32,000 nucleotides of DNA from Kineococcus radiotolerans SRS30216 = ATCC BAA-149 (GCF_000017305.1 NC_009664.2:3480001-3512000), one strand, 5' to 3'; numbered from the stretch's first letter, positions 1-8,132 are shown. Numbers and translations: made by a program. Notes: generated from the sequence alone by a model not told the origin.

Positions 1-285
1 TACCGCCGCCGCGGGGTGGACATGAACCTCGAGGGGGTCGACCTGGACACCGTGAGCTTCGACGGGCAGGTCGTCTACCGCAACGCGTGGGCGGGCACCC
101 GGATGTCGGAGGACGACGTCGCCGTGGCGCAGATCCTCGCCGACACCGGCGCCTGGGCCCGCGGGGAGGGCCCCGAGCCCTACCCGCTGGCCGAGGCCTG
201 CCAGGACCACGCGATCGCCCTGGCCGTGGGAACCTCGGCCACCACCGGCGCCGACGTGCGCGTGACGAAGGAGGCGTGGGCCTGA
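1..285 (+). CDS. 3' end of a CDS entering from upstream of the window; product unknown (the tail weakly resembles C-termini of Gfo/Idh/MocA-type oxidoreductases)
   Basis: Frame 1 is open from base 1 to TGA 283-285. The stop overlaps the ATG of the next gene (TGATG). The family guess rests only on a loose resemblance of the ...PLAEACQDHAIALAVGTSATTGADVRV tail. Confidence 0.45.
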   Translation, partial: YRRRGVDMNLEGVDLDTVSFDGQVVYRNAWAGTRMSEDDVAVAQILADTGAWARGEGPEPYPLAEACQDHAIALAVGTSATTGADVRVTKEAWA

Positions 286-2621
286 TGCCGTCCACCGAGA
301 CGTCCACCGATGACCAGCGCGTCGAGGAACTCCTCGCGACCATGACGCTGGAGGAGAAGCTCGCCCAGCTCGTGGGGTTGTGGGAGGGCCGCGGCGACGC
401 CGACAGCGACGGCGAGGGCGGTGACGTCGCCCCCATGCAGGACGCCATGCAGGTCGCCGTCGACAGCCTCGAGGGTTTCGCCGGCCAGGGGCTCGGCCAG
501 CTCACCCGGGTGTTCGGGACGACCCCGGTCGAACCCGCCGCGCAGGCCCGCGCGCTCGTCGCCAAGCAGCGCTGGCTGCAGGAGAACACCCGGCTCGGCA
601 TCCCCGCCCTCGTGCACGAGGAGTGCCTGACCGGCCTGGCGGCCTGGCGGGCCACGACGTTCCCGGCCCCGCTGTCCTGGGGGGCCAGCTTCCACCCCGA
701 GCTCGTCGAGGAGGTCGGCGCCGCCATCGGGGCGTCGATGCGCAGCCTCGGCGTCCACCAGGGCCTCGCCCCCGTCCTCGACGTCGTCCGCGACGCCCGC
801 TGGGGCCGGGTCGAGGAGTGCGTCAGCGAGGACCCCTACGTCGTGGGCACCATCACCTCCGCCTACGTGCGGGGCGTGCAGTCCACCGGCGTGATCGCCA
901 CGCTCAAGCACTTCGTGGGGTACTCGAACTCCCGCGCCGGGCGCAACCTCGCCCCCGTCCACGCCGGCCCGCGCGAACTCGCCGACGTCCTGCTGCCCCC
1001 GTTCGAGATGGCCGTCCTCGACGCCGGGGCGCGCTCGGTCATGAACTCCTACACCGAGGTCGACGGGATCCCCGTGGCGGCCGACGAACGGCTGCTCACC
1101 GACCTCCTGCGCGAGCGCTGGGGCTTCGCCGGGACGGTGGTCGCGGACTACTTCTCCGTCGCGTTCCTGGAGCGGCTGCACGCGGTCGCGGCCTCCTCCG
1201 GCGACGCCGCCGCGCAGGCCCTGACCGCCGGCATCGACGTCGAGCTCCCTACCGGCGTCACCTACCTGGAACCGCTGGCCGCACGGGTCCGCGCCGGCGA
1301 GGTCGAGGAGGCGCTCGTGGACCGCGCCCTGCGGCGGGTCCTGCGGCAGAAGGCGGAACTCGGGCTGCTGGCCCCGGACTACGACCCCGCCGCCGGGATC
1401 GACCCCGACCGCATCGACCTCGACCCCCCGCAGCACCGCGCCCTGGCGCGGACGCTGGCCGAGGAGTCGATCGTCCTGCTCTCCAACGACGGCACCCTGC
1501 CGCTCGCCGACCTCGCGGGCCGCGCCGAACCCGCCCGCGTGTGCGTCGTCGGCCCGAACGCCGACGACCCCTCGGCCCTCTTCGGGTGCTACAGCTTCGC
1601 CAACCACGTGCTGGCCCAGCACCCCGACGTCGAGCTCGGCCTCGACGTCGACTCCGTCCTCGCCGCGCTGGGCACCGAGTTCGGCGCCGGCGCGCGGATC
1701 AGCCACGTCCGCGGCGCCGACGTCGACACCGACGACACCAGCGGGTTCGAGGCCGCGGTGGCCGCCGCGGCCCAGGCCGAGGTCTGCGTCGCCGTCGTCG
1801 GCGACCGCGCCGGGCTGTTCGGGCGGGGCACCTCGGGGGAGGGCTGCGACGCGGAGTCGCTGGAACTGCCCGGGGTCCAGCGCCCGTTCGTCGAGGCCCT
1901 GCTGGCCACCGGCACCCCGGTCGTCCTCGTCCTGCTCACCGGCCGCCCCTACGCGGTGGACTGGGCGCTGGAACGCTGCGCCGCGGTCGTGCAGGCCTTC
2001 TTCCCCGGGCAGGAGGGGGCGGGCGCGATCGCCGGGGTCCTCTCCGGCCGGGTCAACCCCTCCGGCCGCCTGCCGGTGTCGCTGCCGCGGTCGGTCGGCG
2101 CGCAGCCCTACAGCTACCTGCACCCGAAGCTGGGGGCGGCCAGCCCGGTGTCCAACATCGACACCGCGCCCGTCCGGCCCTTCGGCCACGGGTTGTCCTA
2201 CACGACGTTCGCGCACGCCGACCTGCGCCTGGCCGCGACCGAGGTGCCCACCGACGGCTCCCTCGTCGCCACGGTGCGGGTCACCAACACCGGGGACCGC
2301 GCCGGCGCCCACGTCGTGCAGCTCTACGGCAGCGACCCCGTCGCCTCGGTGACGCGACCCGTCGTCCAGCTCCTGGGCTACGCCCGCGTGCAGCTGGACG
2401 CGGGAGCGAGCGCCGACGTCACGCTCGACGTCCCCACCCAGCGCCTGGCGTTCTCCGACCGCCGGATGGTGCGCGTCGTCGAACCCGGCCGGATCGACCT
2501 GTTCGTCGGCCACGACTGCGCGACCCCCGACCTCTCGGCGTCGGTCGAGCTCACCGGCGGGGTCCACGAGGTCACCGCCGCCGACCGCCGCCTCGTGCGC
2601 GTCGACGTGGCCCCCGCGTGA
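285..2621 (+). CDS. Glycoside hydrolase family 3 (beta-glucosidase/beta-xylosidase type) with a C-terminal Fn3-like domain
   Basis: GH3 motifs are present: KHFVGYS and GFAGTVVADYF (nucleophile Asp context), with two-domain length. I chose ATG 285 (MPSTETS...) because it overlaps the upstream stop. The track ORF from 87 has an Arg/Gly/Pro-rich junk N-terminus. Confidence 0.9.
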   Translation: MPSTETSTDDQRVEELLATMTLEEKLAQLVGLWEGRGDADSDGEGGDVAPMQDAMQVAVDSLEGFAGQGLGQLTRVFGTTPVEPAAQARALVAKQRWLQENTRLGIPALVHEECLTGLAAWRATTFPAPLSWGASFHPELVEEVGAAIGASMRSLGVHQGLAPVLDVVRDARWGRVEECVSEDPYVVGTITSAYVRGVQSTGVIATLKHFVGYSNSRAGRNLAPVHAGPRELADVLLPPFEMAVLDAGARSVMNSYTEVDGIPVAADERLLTDLLRERWGFAGTVVADYFSVAFLERLHAVAASSGDAAAQALTAGIDVELPTGVTYLEPLAARVRAGEVEEALVDRALRRVLRQKAELGLLAPDYDPAAGIDPDRIDLDPPQHRALARTLAEESIVLLSNDGTLPLADLAGRAEPARVCVVGPNADDPSALFGCYSFANHVLAQHPDVELGLDVDSVLAALGTEFGAGARISHVRGADVDTDDTSGFEAAVAAAAQAEVCVAVVGDRAGLFGRGTSGEGCDAESLELPGVQRPFVEALLATGTPVVLVLLTGRPYAVDWALERCAAVVQAFFPGQEGAGAIAGVLSGRVNPSGRLPVSLPRSVGAQPYSYLHPKLGAASPVSNIDTAPVRPFGHGLSYTTFAHADLRLAATEVPTDGSLVATVRVTNTGDRAGAHVVQLYGSDPVASVTRPVVQLLGYARVQLDAGASADVTLDVPTQRLAFSDRRMVRVVEPGRIDLFVGHDCATPDLSASVELTGGVHEVTAADRRLVRVDVAPA

Positions 2622-2649
2622 ACCCCCGCGTGGACCCCGGCGCGGGCCA

Positions 2650-3681
2650 GTGAGGACGCGGGACGTCCACGGGTTCAACTACGCCGGCTCCTGGGGGACC
2701 TCGGGCCTGGACCTGTGGCAGCACCACGACCACGGCCTGATGGCCGTCGAGGTCGCCCGCGGCAAGGCGGCCTTCCCCGGCTGGAACACCGCCCGCTGGT
2801 GGCTGTCGCACGAGGCCTTCCAGCGGGACCCGCGACGGTTCCTGGCCAACCTCGAGGCCGGTCTGGGGATCTTCGCCGGTCACGGGATCGCCGTGGTCCC
2901 GGTGCTGTTCAACCGCTGGCGCGACCCGGTGTGCGACTTCGGCGGGGTGCCGCTGGACCACCTCCTGCCGCACGCCAGCGCCTGGTCGCGCACCGACGAC
3001 CTGTTCGCCGACCCGGACGCGGACGGCCCCGGGACCGCTCCGGTGCAGCGGATCTTCCGCCGCTACCTGGCCGAGGTGGTCGCCGCCCACGCGGACGACG
3101 AGCGGATCTGGGCCTGGGACCTGTGCAACGAGCCCCTCATGGGCGCCTACGTCCACGACGAGCGCAGCCCGCTGCGGATCGCGGAGCTGCGCTGGCTGGA
3201 GTGGTGCCGCGGGGTGGTCCTCGGCGCCGGCGCGCGTCAGCCGCTGACCGTCGGCAACTACGCCGACGTGGCCGCGCTGCGCGCCACCGAGCCGATCAGC
3301 GACGTCCTGGGCTTCCACCCGTACTGGATGTGGCAGGGCATCGGGCCGGAGACGAACGTGCACACCCACGCGGGGTTCGAGGCCTACCTCGACGAGTGCG
3401 TGGCCTTCGCGCGCTCGGTGGGCAAGGACCTCTACGCCAGCGAGACCGTCTGGGGCGCGCGCGACGACGCCAAGCACGTCGAGGTGATGCGCTACACCCT
3501 GTCCCGGCTGAAGGAGCGGGGGATCGGCTACACCGTCCACGCCCTGCACCACAGCGGTGTCGCCGACCTGCACCGCGACACCCACGGGCCCGTGGGGCAC
3601 CCCGAGTGGCTGCACTTCCTCGACGCCGACGGCACCGTGCGCGCCGGGCACGAGGCGTTCAACGACTTCGCGCCCGCCTGA
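2650..3681 (+). CDS. Clan GH-A (GH5-like TIM barrel) glycoside hydrolase, of the kind often annotated 1,4-beta-xylanase/cellulase-like
   Basis: N-terminal GFNYAGSWGTSGLDLW and the acid/base motif WDLCNEP. GTG start at 2650, 29 nt after the GH3 stop. Confidence 0.7.
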   Translation: MRTRDVHGFNYAGSWGTSGLDLWQHHDHGLMAVEVARGKAAFPGWNTARWWLSHEAFQRDPRRFLANLEAGLGIFAGHGIAVVPVLFNRWRDPVCDFGGVPLDHLLPHASAWSRTDDLFADPDADGPGTAPVQRIFRRYLAEVVAAHADDERIWAWDLCNEPLMGAYVHDERSPLRIAELRWLEWCRGVVLGAGARQPLTVGNYADVAALRATEPISDVLGFHPYWMWQGIGPETNVHTHAGFEAYLDECVAFARSVGKDLYASETVWGARDDAKHVEVMRYTLSRLKERGIGYTVHALHHSGVADLHRDTHGPVGHPEWLHFLDADGTVRAGHEAFNDFAPA

Positions 3682-3687
3682 CCCGCC

Positions 3688-3711
3688 GCCCCGTCCGGCC
3701 GCCGACGGGGC
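3688..3711 (+). terminator. GC-rich hairpin downstream of the GH-A gene (candidate terminator)
   Basis: GCCCCGTC (3688-3695) pairs with GACGGGGC (3704-3711) across an 8-nt loop. There is no U-tract, which is common in high-GC actinobacteria. Confidence 0.35.
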
Positions 3712-3736
3712 TCCGCGCGGGCGGTCCCGGGGCCGG

Positions 3737-3742
3737 TAGCGT
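3737..3742 (+). promoter_or_regulatory. Candidate -10 box TAGCGT positioned for a leaderless GNAT mRNA
   Basis: It fits TAnnnT, and a 6-nt spacer follows before the GTG start at 3749. Confidence 0.25.
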
Positions 3743-3748
3743 GCGGGG

Positions 3749-4243
3749 GTGGAGATCAGGGAGTTCACCGACGGGGACTGGGAACGCATCTGGCCCTTCT
3801 TCGACGAGATCGTCGCCGACGAGGAGACCTACGCCTACCCGCGCGGGCTGACCTCCGAGCGGGCCCGGGCCCTGTGGGTGGAACCCCCGCCGGTGGTGAC
3901 CCTCGTCGCCGTCGACGGCGACGAGGTGCTCGGCACGGCCCGGACCGGCCCCAACCGCCCCGGCCCCGGCGCCCACGTCGCCACGGCCAGCTTCATGGTC
4001 GCCCCCGCCGCCCGCGGGCGCGGGGTGGGGCGGGCCCTGGGCGAGCACGTCCTGGCCCTGGCCGCCGCGCGCGGCTACCGCGCGATGCAGTTCAACGCCG
4101 TCGTGGAGACCAACACCGCGGCCGTCGCGCTGTGGCGCTCCCTGGGGATGCGGATCGTCGGGACCGTCCCCGAGGCCTTCGACCACCCCGAGCACGGCCT
4201 CGTCGGGCTGCACGTCATGCACCGCTTCCTCGTCGAGGACTGA
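3749..4243 (+). CDS. GNAT family N-acetyltransferase
   Basis: Acetyl-CoA binding signature RGRGVGRALGEHVL, then QFNAVVETNTAAVALWRSLGMRIVGTVPEAF. Typical GNAT size of 164 aa. Confidence 0.85.
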   Translation: MEIREFTDGDWERIWPFFDEIVADEETYAYPRGLTSERARALWVEPPPVVTLVAVDGDEVLGTARTGPNRPGPGAHVATASFMVAPAARGRGVGRALGEHVLALAAARGYRAMQFNAVVETNTAAVALWRSLGMRIVGTVPEAFDHPEHGLVGLHVMHRFLVED

Positions 4244-4289
4244 GCCCACCGCCGAGCCCGCCGTCCAGCCCGCCGTCGAGCCCGCCGCC
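4242..4289. repeat. Four tandem 12-bp units (GAGCCCRCCGYC-like) in the GNAT-riboswitch spacer
   Basis: The units are gagcccaccgcc, gagcccgccgtc, cagcccgccgtc and gagcccgccgcc, with a degenerate fifth. Confidence 0.6.
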
Positions 4290-4364
4290 CAGCTCGCAGG
4301 AGCCGGCCCGTCCCGCCCCCGCGCCCCTCCCGCGGGCTCGTCCGCCCCGGCGGTCGCCATGCCC

Positions 4365-4370
4365 TACGCT
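4365..4370 (+). promoter_or_regulatory. Candidate -10 box TACGCT for the riboswitch/methionine operon transcript
   Basis: It fits TAnnnT and ends 7 nt before the P1 helix. The same CTACGCT heptamer sits at the equivalent place upstream of the second riboswitch copy (29304-29310, minus strand). No convincing -35. Confidence 0.35.
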
Positions 4371-4377
4371 GGCCCGA

Positions 4378-4471
4378 CCATCCAGAGCGGCCGAGAGACC
4401 TGGCTCGTCGACGCCGCAGCAACCATCCCCCGCCGCCCCGGCGGGGAGGGTGCTCACGCCAGGACCGATGG
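4378..4471 (+). promoter_or_regulatory. SAM riboswitch aptamer (SAM-I/SAM-IV clan, with no internal P4), copy 1
   Basis: P1 is CCATC/GATGG. Core strings are AGAG, the P2 segment CGGCCGAGAGACCTGGCTCGTCGACGCCG, the junction CAGCAACC, a GC-rich P3 hairpin (CCCCGCC/GGCGGGG) and GGTGCT. The P2 loop CCTGG (4399-4403) can pair with CCAGG (4459-4463) as a pseudoknot. SD GGAGG (4471-4475) abuts P1, and GTG follows at 4481. It lies upstream of Met biosynthesis genes. Confidence 0.85.
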
Positions 4472-4480
4472 GAGGAAGAA

Positions 4481-4888
4481 GTGGGCTACGCCGGCGACCT
4501 CACACCCCGTGAGGCCTACGACCTGGTCCGGGACACCCCGGACGCCGTGCTCGTGGACGTCCGCACCGACGCCGAGTGGCGGTTCGTGGGGGTTCCCGAC
4601 CTCAGCGGGACCGGCCGCGAACCGGTCCTCGCGTCCTGGCTGCCCGTGGACCCGCCGCGCTTCCTCGGCGAGCTCGCCGCCGCGGGGATCACCCCCGGCA
4701 GCGGGAGGCCCGTGGTGTTCCTGTGCCGTTCCGGCCAACGGTCGGTGGGAGCCGCCGACGCCGCCACCGCGGCCGGCATCACCCCCAGCTACAACGTCCT
4801 GGAGGGTTTCGAGGGGCCGCTGGACGAGGCCGGTCACCGGGGTGCGGTGGGCTGGCGCGCGGCGGGGCTGCCCTGGCGGCAGTCGTGA
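4481..4888 (+). CDS. Rhodanese-like domain protein (single-domain sulfurtransferase)
   Basis: Active-site loop CRSGQRS in the LVDVR...FLCRSGQRS context. 135 aa. GTG start 5 nt after a GGAGG SD. Its stop overlaps the next start (GTGA). Confidence 0.85.
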   Translation: MGYAGDLTPREAYDLVRDTPDAVLVDVRTDAEWRFVGVPDLSGTGREPVLASWLPVDPPRFLGELAAAGITPGSGRPVVFLCRSGQRSVGAADAATAAGITPSYNVLEGFEGPLDEAGHRGAVGWRAAGLPWRQS

Positions 4889-6084
4889 CCGGCGACGCGG
4901 ACCCCTGGCGGCCGGACACCACCGCGGTGCGCGGGGGGTTGGCGCGCTCGCAGTTCGAGGAGACCGCCGAGGCGCTCTACCTCACCTCCGGCTACGTGTA
5001 CGAGAACGCCGCCGCCGCCGAGGCCGCCTTCTCCGGCGAGACCGACCGCTACGTCTACTCCCGCTACGGCAACCCCACCGTCTCGGTGTTCACCGAGCGC
5101 CTGCGGCGGCTGGAGGGCGCCGAGGCCTGCTACGGCCTCGCCAGCGGGATGTCGGCGGTGTTCTACGCCCTCGCCGCCCTGCTCGGGGCCGGCGACCGGG
5201 TCGTGGCGTCCCGCAGCCTGTTCGGTTCCTGCTTCGTGGTCCTCGACGAGATCCTGCCCCGGTGGGGCGTCAGCACGGAGTTCGTCGACGGCGAGGACCT
5301 CGCGCAGTGGGAACGGGCGTTGTCCACCCCCGCCCAGGCGGTCTTCTTCGAGACGCCGGCGAACCCCATGCAGACCCTCGTGGACGTCGAGGCCGTCAGC
5401 GGGCTCGCGCACGCCGCGGGGGCGACCGTCGTCGTGGACAACGCCTTCGCCAGTCCCGTCGGGCAGCGCCCGCTGCGGTTCGGCGCCGACGTCGTCGTGT
5501 ACTCGGCGACCAAGCACATCGACGGCCAGGGCCGGGTCATGGGCGGGGCGGTGCTCGGGACGTCGGAGTTCATCGGCGGCCGGTTCCAGGAACTCACCCG
5601 GCACACCGGCCCGACCCTCAGCCCGTTCAACGCCTGGACCCTGGCGAAGGGGCTGGAGACCCTCGGCCTGCGGGTGCGGCACTCCGCGGCCACGGCGCTG
5701 CGGATCGCCGGGCACCTGGAGCAGGTGCCCGGGATCCGGTGGGTCCGCTACCCGCTGCTGCCCAGCCACCCGCAGTTCGACCTGGCGCAGCGGCAGATGG
5801 AACTCGGCGGCACCATCCTCACCTTCGAGCTCGACGCCCCCGCGGGCCGGGGCAAGGACCGCGCCTTCGAGGTGCTCGACGCCCTGCGGGTCGTCGACAT
5901 CTCCAACAACCTCGGCGACGCGAAGTCGCTGGCCACCCACCCGGCCACCACGACCCACCGCCGCCTGGGGGCCGAGGGCCGTGCGGCCATCGGCCTGACC
6001 GACGGGGTGCTGCGGTTGTCGGTGGGGCTGGAGGACCCCGACGACCTGCTCGAAGACCTCGACCGCGCCCTGCGCGCGACCTGA
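4885..6084 (+). CDS. metZ: O-succinylhomoserine sulfhydrylase (PLP-dependent Cys/Met metabolism family)
   Basis: RPDTTAVRGGLARSQFEETAEALYLTSGYVYENAAAAEAAF is a typical MetZ N-terminus, and YSATKHIDGQGR carries the PLP lysine. I chose GTG 4885 (GTGA overlap with rhodanese). The longer track ORF from 4576 overlaps the rhodanese gene out of frame. Confidence 0.9.
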   Translation: MTGDADPWRPDTTAVRGGLARSQFEETAEALYLTSGYVYENAAAAEAAFSGETDRYVYSRYGNPTVSVFTERLRRLEGAEACYGLASGMSAVFYALAALLGAGDRVVASRSLFGSCFVVLDEILPRWGVSTEFVDGEDLAQWERALSTPAQAVFFETPANPMQTLVDVEAVSGLAHAAGATVVVDNAFASPVGQRPLRFGADVVVYSATKHIDGQGRVMGGAVLGTSEFIGGRFQELTRHTGPTLSPFNAWTLAKGLETLGLRVRHSAATALRIAGHLEQVPGIRWVRYPLLPSHPQFDLAQRQMELGGTILTFELDAPAGRGKDRAFEVLDALRVVDISNNLGDAKSLATHPATTTHRRLGAEGRAAIGLTDGVLRLSVGLEDPDDLLEDLDRALRAT

Positions 6085-6097
6085 ACGGAGACGAACC

Positions 6098-7318
6098 ATG
6101 CCCGAGCGCCACATCCCCGTCAGCCACGCCGGCAGCCTGCCCCGCACCCCCGAGCTCATCGCCGCCAACGAGGCCCGCCGGATCGGGGAGGACGGGTTCA
6201 CCCTCGAACGCACCCCCGAGTTCGACGCGCTGCTCACCGACGCGGTCGTGGACCTCGTGCAGCGCCAGCGGGACCTCGGGGTCACGATCGTCGGCGACGG
6301 CGAGTACGGCAAGGCCATGTCCAGCGCCGTCGACTACGGGGCCTGGTGGTCCTACTCCTTCCAGCGCGTCGCCGGGCTGGAGGTGACCGGAGAGGACCTG
6401 TTCACCCAGCCCGTCGTGCGCTCGGAGCCGGGGAAGGTCCGGCTGACCAGCTTCCCCGACCGCCGCGACTGGGTGCGGTTCCGCGAGGCCTACCAGGACC
6501 CGACGTCGGGGATCTCCACGGGCAAGAACGCCACCGCGTTCCCGGCGACGACCGGCCCGCTGTCCTACACCGGCCACGACGCCATCGCCTCCGACATCGC
6601 CAACCTCAAGGCCGGCCTGGCCGCCGCGGGCGTCGAGGAGGGTTTCATCACCTCCCTGTCCCCGGGCAGCGGGGCGCGCATCTCCAACCGGTACTACGCG
6701 ACCGAGGAGGAGCACATCTGGGCGTGGGCGGACGTCCTGCGCGAGGAGTACCGGGCCGTCGTCGACGCGGGGCTGATCCTGCAGATCGACGACCCCTCCA
6801 TCGCGGAGAACTGGGACCAGATCAACCCCGAACCCTCCGTCGAGGACTACCGGGCGTTCACCCGCACCCGCGTCGAGGCCCTCAACCACGCGCTGCGCGG
6901 TCTGCCCACCGAGCAGGTCCGGTTCCACCTGTGCTGGGGTTCCTGGCACGGCCCGCACACCACCGACGTCGAGTTCAAGCACATCGTGGACCTCATGCTG
7001 GAGATCGACGCCGGCTCGTACTCCTTCGAGGCGGCCAACGTCCGCCACGAGCACGAGTGGAAGGTGTGGCGCGACGTCGCCCTGCCCGCGGGCAAGAAGA
7101 TCGTGCCGGGCATCGTCAGCCACGCCACGAACGTCGTCGAGCACCCCGAGCTCGTCGCCGACCGCATCGAGCGGTTCGCCTCCGTCGTGGGTCCGGAGAA
7201 CGTCGTCGCCTCGACCGACTGCGGTCTCGGCGGGCGCATCCACCCGCAGATCGCCGTCGCCAAGCTCGCCACCCTCGGCGAGGGTGCGCGCCTGGCCGGC
7301 GAACGGCTCTTCGGGTGA
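6098..7318 (+). CDS. Cobalamin-independent methionine synthase II family protein (short MetE-like, catalytic barrel only)
   Basis: 406 aa, homologous to the MetE C-terminal domain. Zn-ligand motifs HLCWG and TDCGLGG are present. SD GGAGA lies 6 nt before the ATG, 13 nt after the metZ stop. Confidence 0.85.
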   Translation: MPERHIPVSHAGSLPRTPELIAANEARRIGEDGFTLERTPEFDALLTDAVVDLVQRQRDLGVTIVGDGEYGKAMSSAVDYGAWWSYSFQRVAGLEVTGEDLFTQPVVRSEPGKVRLTSFPDRRDWVRFREAYQDPTSGISTGKNATAFPATTGPLSYTGHDAIASDIANLKAGLAAAGVEEGFITSLSPGSGARISNRYYATEEEHIWAWADVLREEYRAVVDAGLILQIDDPSIAENWDQINPEPSVEDYRAFTRTRVEALNHALRGLPTEQVRFHLCWGSWHGPHTTDVEFKHIVDLMLEIDAGSYSFEAANVRHEHEWKVWRDVALPAGKKIVPGIVSHATNVVEHPELVADRIERFASVVGPENVVASTDCGLGGRIHPQIAVAKLATLGEGARLAGERLFG

Positions 7319-7325
7319 GCACCCC

Positions 7326-8132
7326 GTGACCGCGGCCTCGGGGGAGGCCGCGGCCTGGGCGCTGTGGCAGGACTCCCCGTGGGGCCGGTTGCGCTACCGC
7401 GTCGTCGCCCGGGTCCTGCGGGAGTGGTGCGCGGAGCTGGGCGGGGAACCGCTGCGGGTCCTGGACGCCGGCGGCGGGGACGGGCGGGACGCCGTGCAGT
7501 TCGCCCTCGCCGGTCACGCGGTGACCGTCCTCGACCGGTCCCCGGAGATGCTCGCCCTGGCGCGGGCCGCGGCGGGCGCCGCCGGGGTCGGGGACCGGCT
7601 GCACACCGTCGCCGCCGACCTGGAGGACCTCACCGCGCTGGCCGCGCTGACCCGTCACCGCGAGGGCGGTTCGGGGTCCTTCGACGTGGTGCTGTGCCAC
7701 GACGTCCTGCAGCACCGGCGCTCCCACGAGCAGGTCCGCGCCGACGTCGCCACCCTCACCTCCTCCGTGCGGCCCGGGGGGCTGGTGTCCCTGCTCGCCC
7801 CCGACCCCGCGGCCGACGTCGTCGCCACGGTCCTGCGCGAGGGGCCGGCCGCGGCCTGGATCGTCCTGGACGCCGAACGCGCCCTCGACCCGGGGACCGG
7901 CCGTTCCGCGCTGCGGCTGTCCCCGGAGTTCGCCGAGGACGCGCTGACCGAGGCCGGGTGCGACGTCGCCCAGCGCGCGGGGATCCTCGCCGTCACGACG
8001 CTGCTGGAGGAGGCCGAACGGGTCGACGACCGGGCCGCGGCCGACCTCGAGGAGCTCGAGGTGGAGCTCAGTCGGCGGGAGCAGTTTCGCGGGACGGCGC
8101 GCTACTGGCTGATCGGGGGCCGACGACGCTGA
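7326..8132 (+). CDS. Class I SAM-dependent methyltransferase
   Basis: Motif I is VLDAGGGDGRD, followed by VTVLDRSPEMLALAR. GTG 7326 avoids overlap with the upstream gene. ATG 7284, in the same frame, is the alternative start. Confidence 0.75.
   Translation: MTAASGEAAAWALWQDSPWGRLRYRVVARVLREWCAELGGEPLRVLDAGGGDGRDAVQFALAGHAVTVLDRSPEMLALARAAAGAAGVGDRLHTVAADLEDLTALAALTRHREGGSGSFDVVLCHDVLQHRRSHEQVRADVATLTSSVRPGGLVSLLAPDPAADVVATVLREGPAAAWIVLDAERALDPGTGRSALRLSPEFAEDALTEAGCDVAQRAGILAVTTLLEEAERVDDRAAADLEELEVELSRREQFRGTARYWLIGGRRR

Noticed and set aside
180-2678. Very long antisense and alternate-frame ORFs throughout the window (for example 180-2678 minus, 623-2653 plus, 11284-14682 minus, 11358-14786 plus, 17903-20803 minus, 18070-21084 plus, 29396-31288 and 29652-31859 minus).
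   Set aside because: Their translations are Arg/Gly/Pro/Ala-rich low-complexity strings with no family motifs. They overlap genes that have clear family signatures. Stop-codon scarcity at this GC content produces such ORFs routinely.
4242-4301. Tandem 12-mers just downstream of the GNAT stop, considered as a possible CRISPR-like or regulatory array.
   Set aside because: There are only four or five contiguous units with no spacers. It is GC-rich Pro/Ala-codon-like low complexity, similar to many other stretches here. I list it as a simple repeat only.
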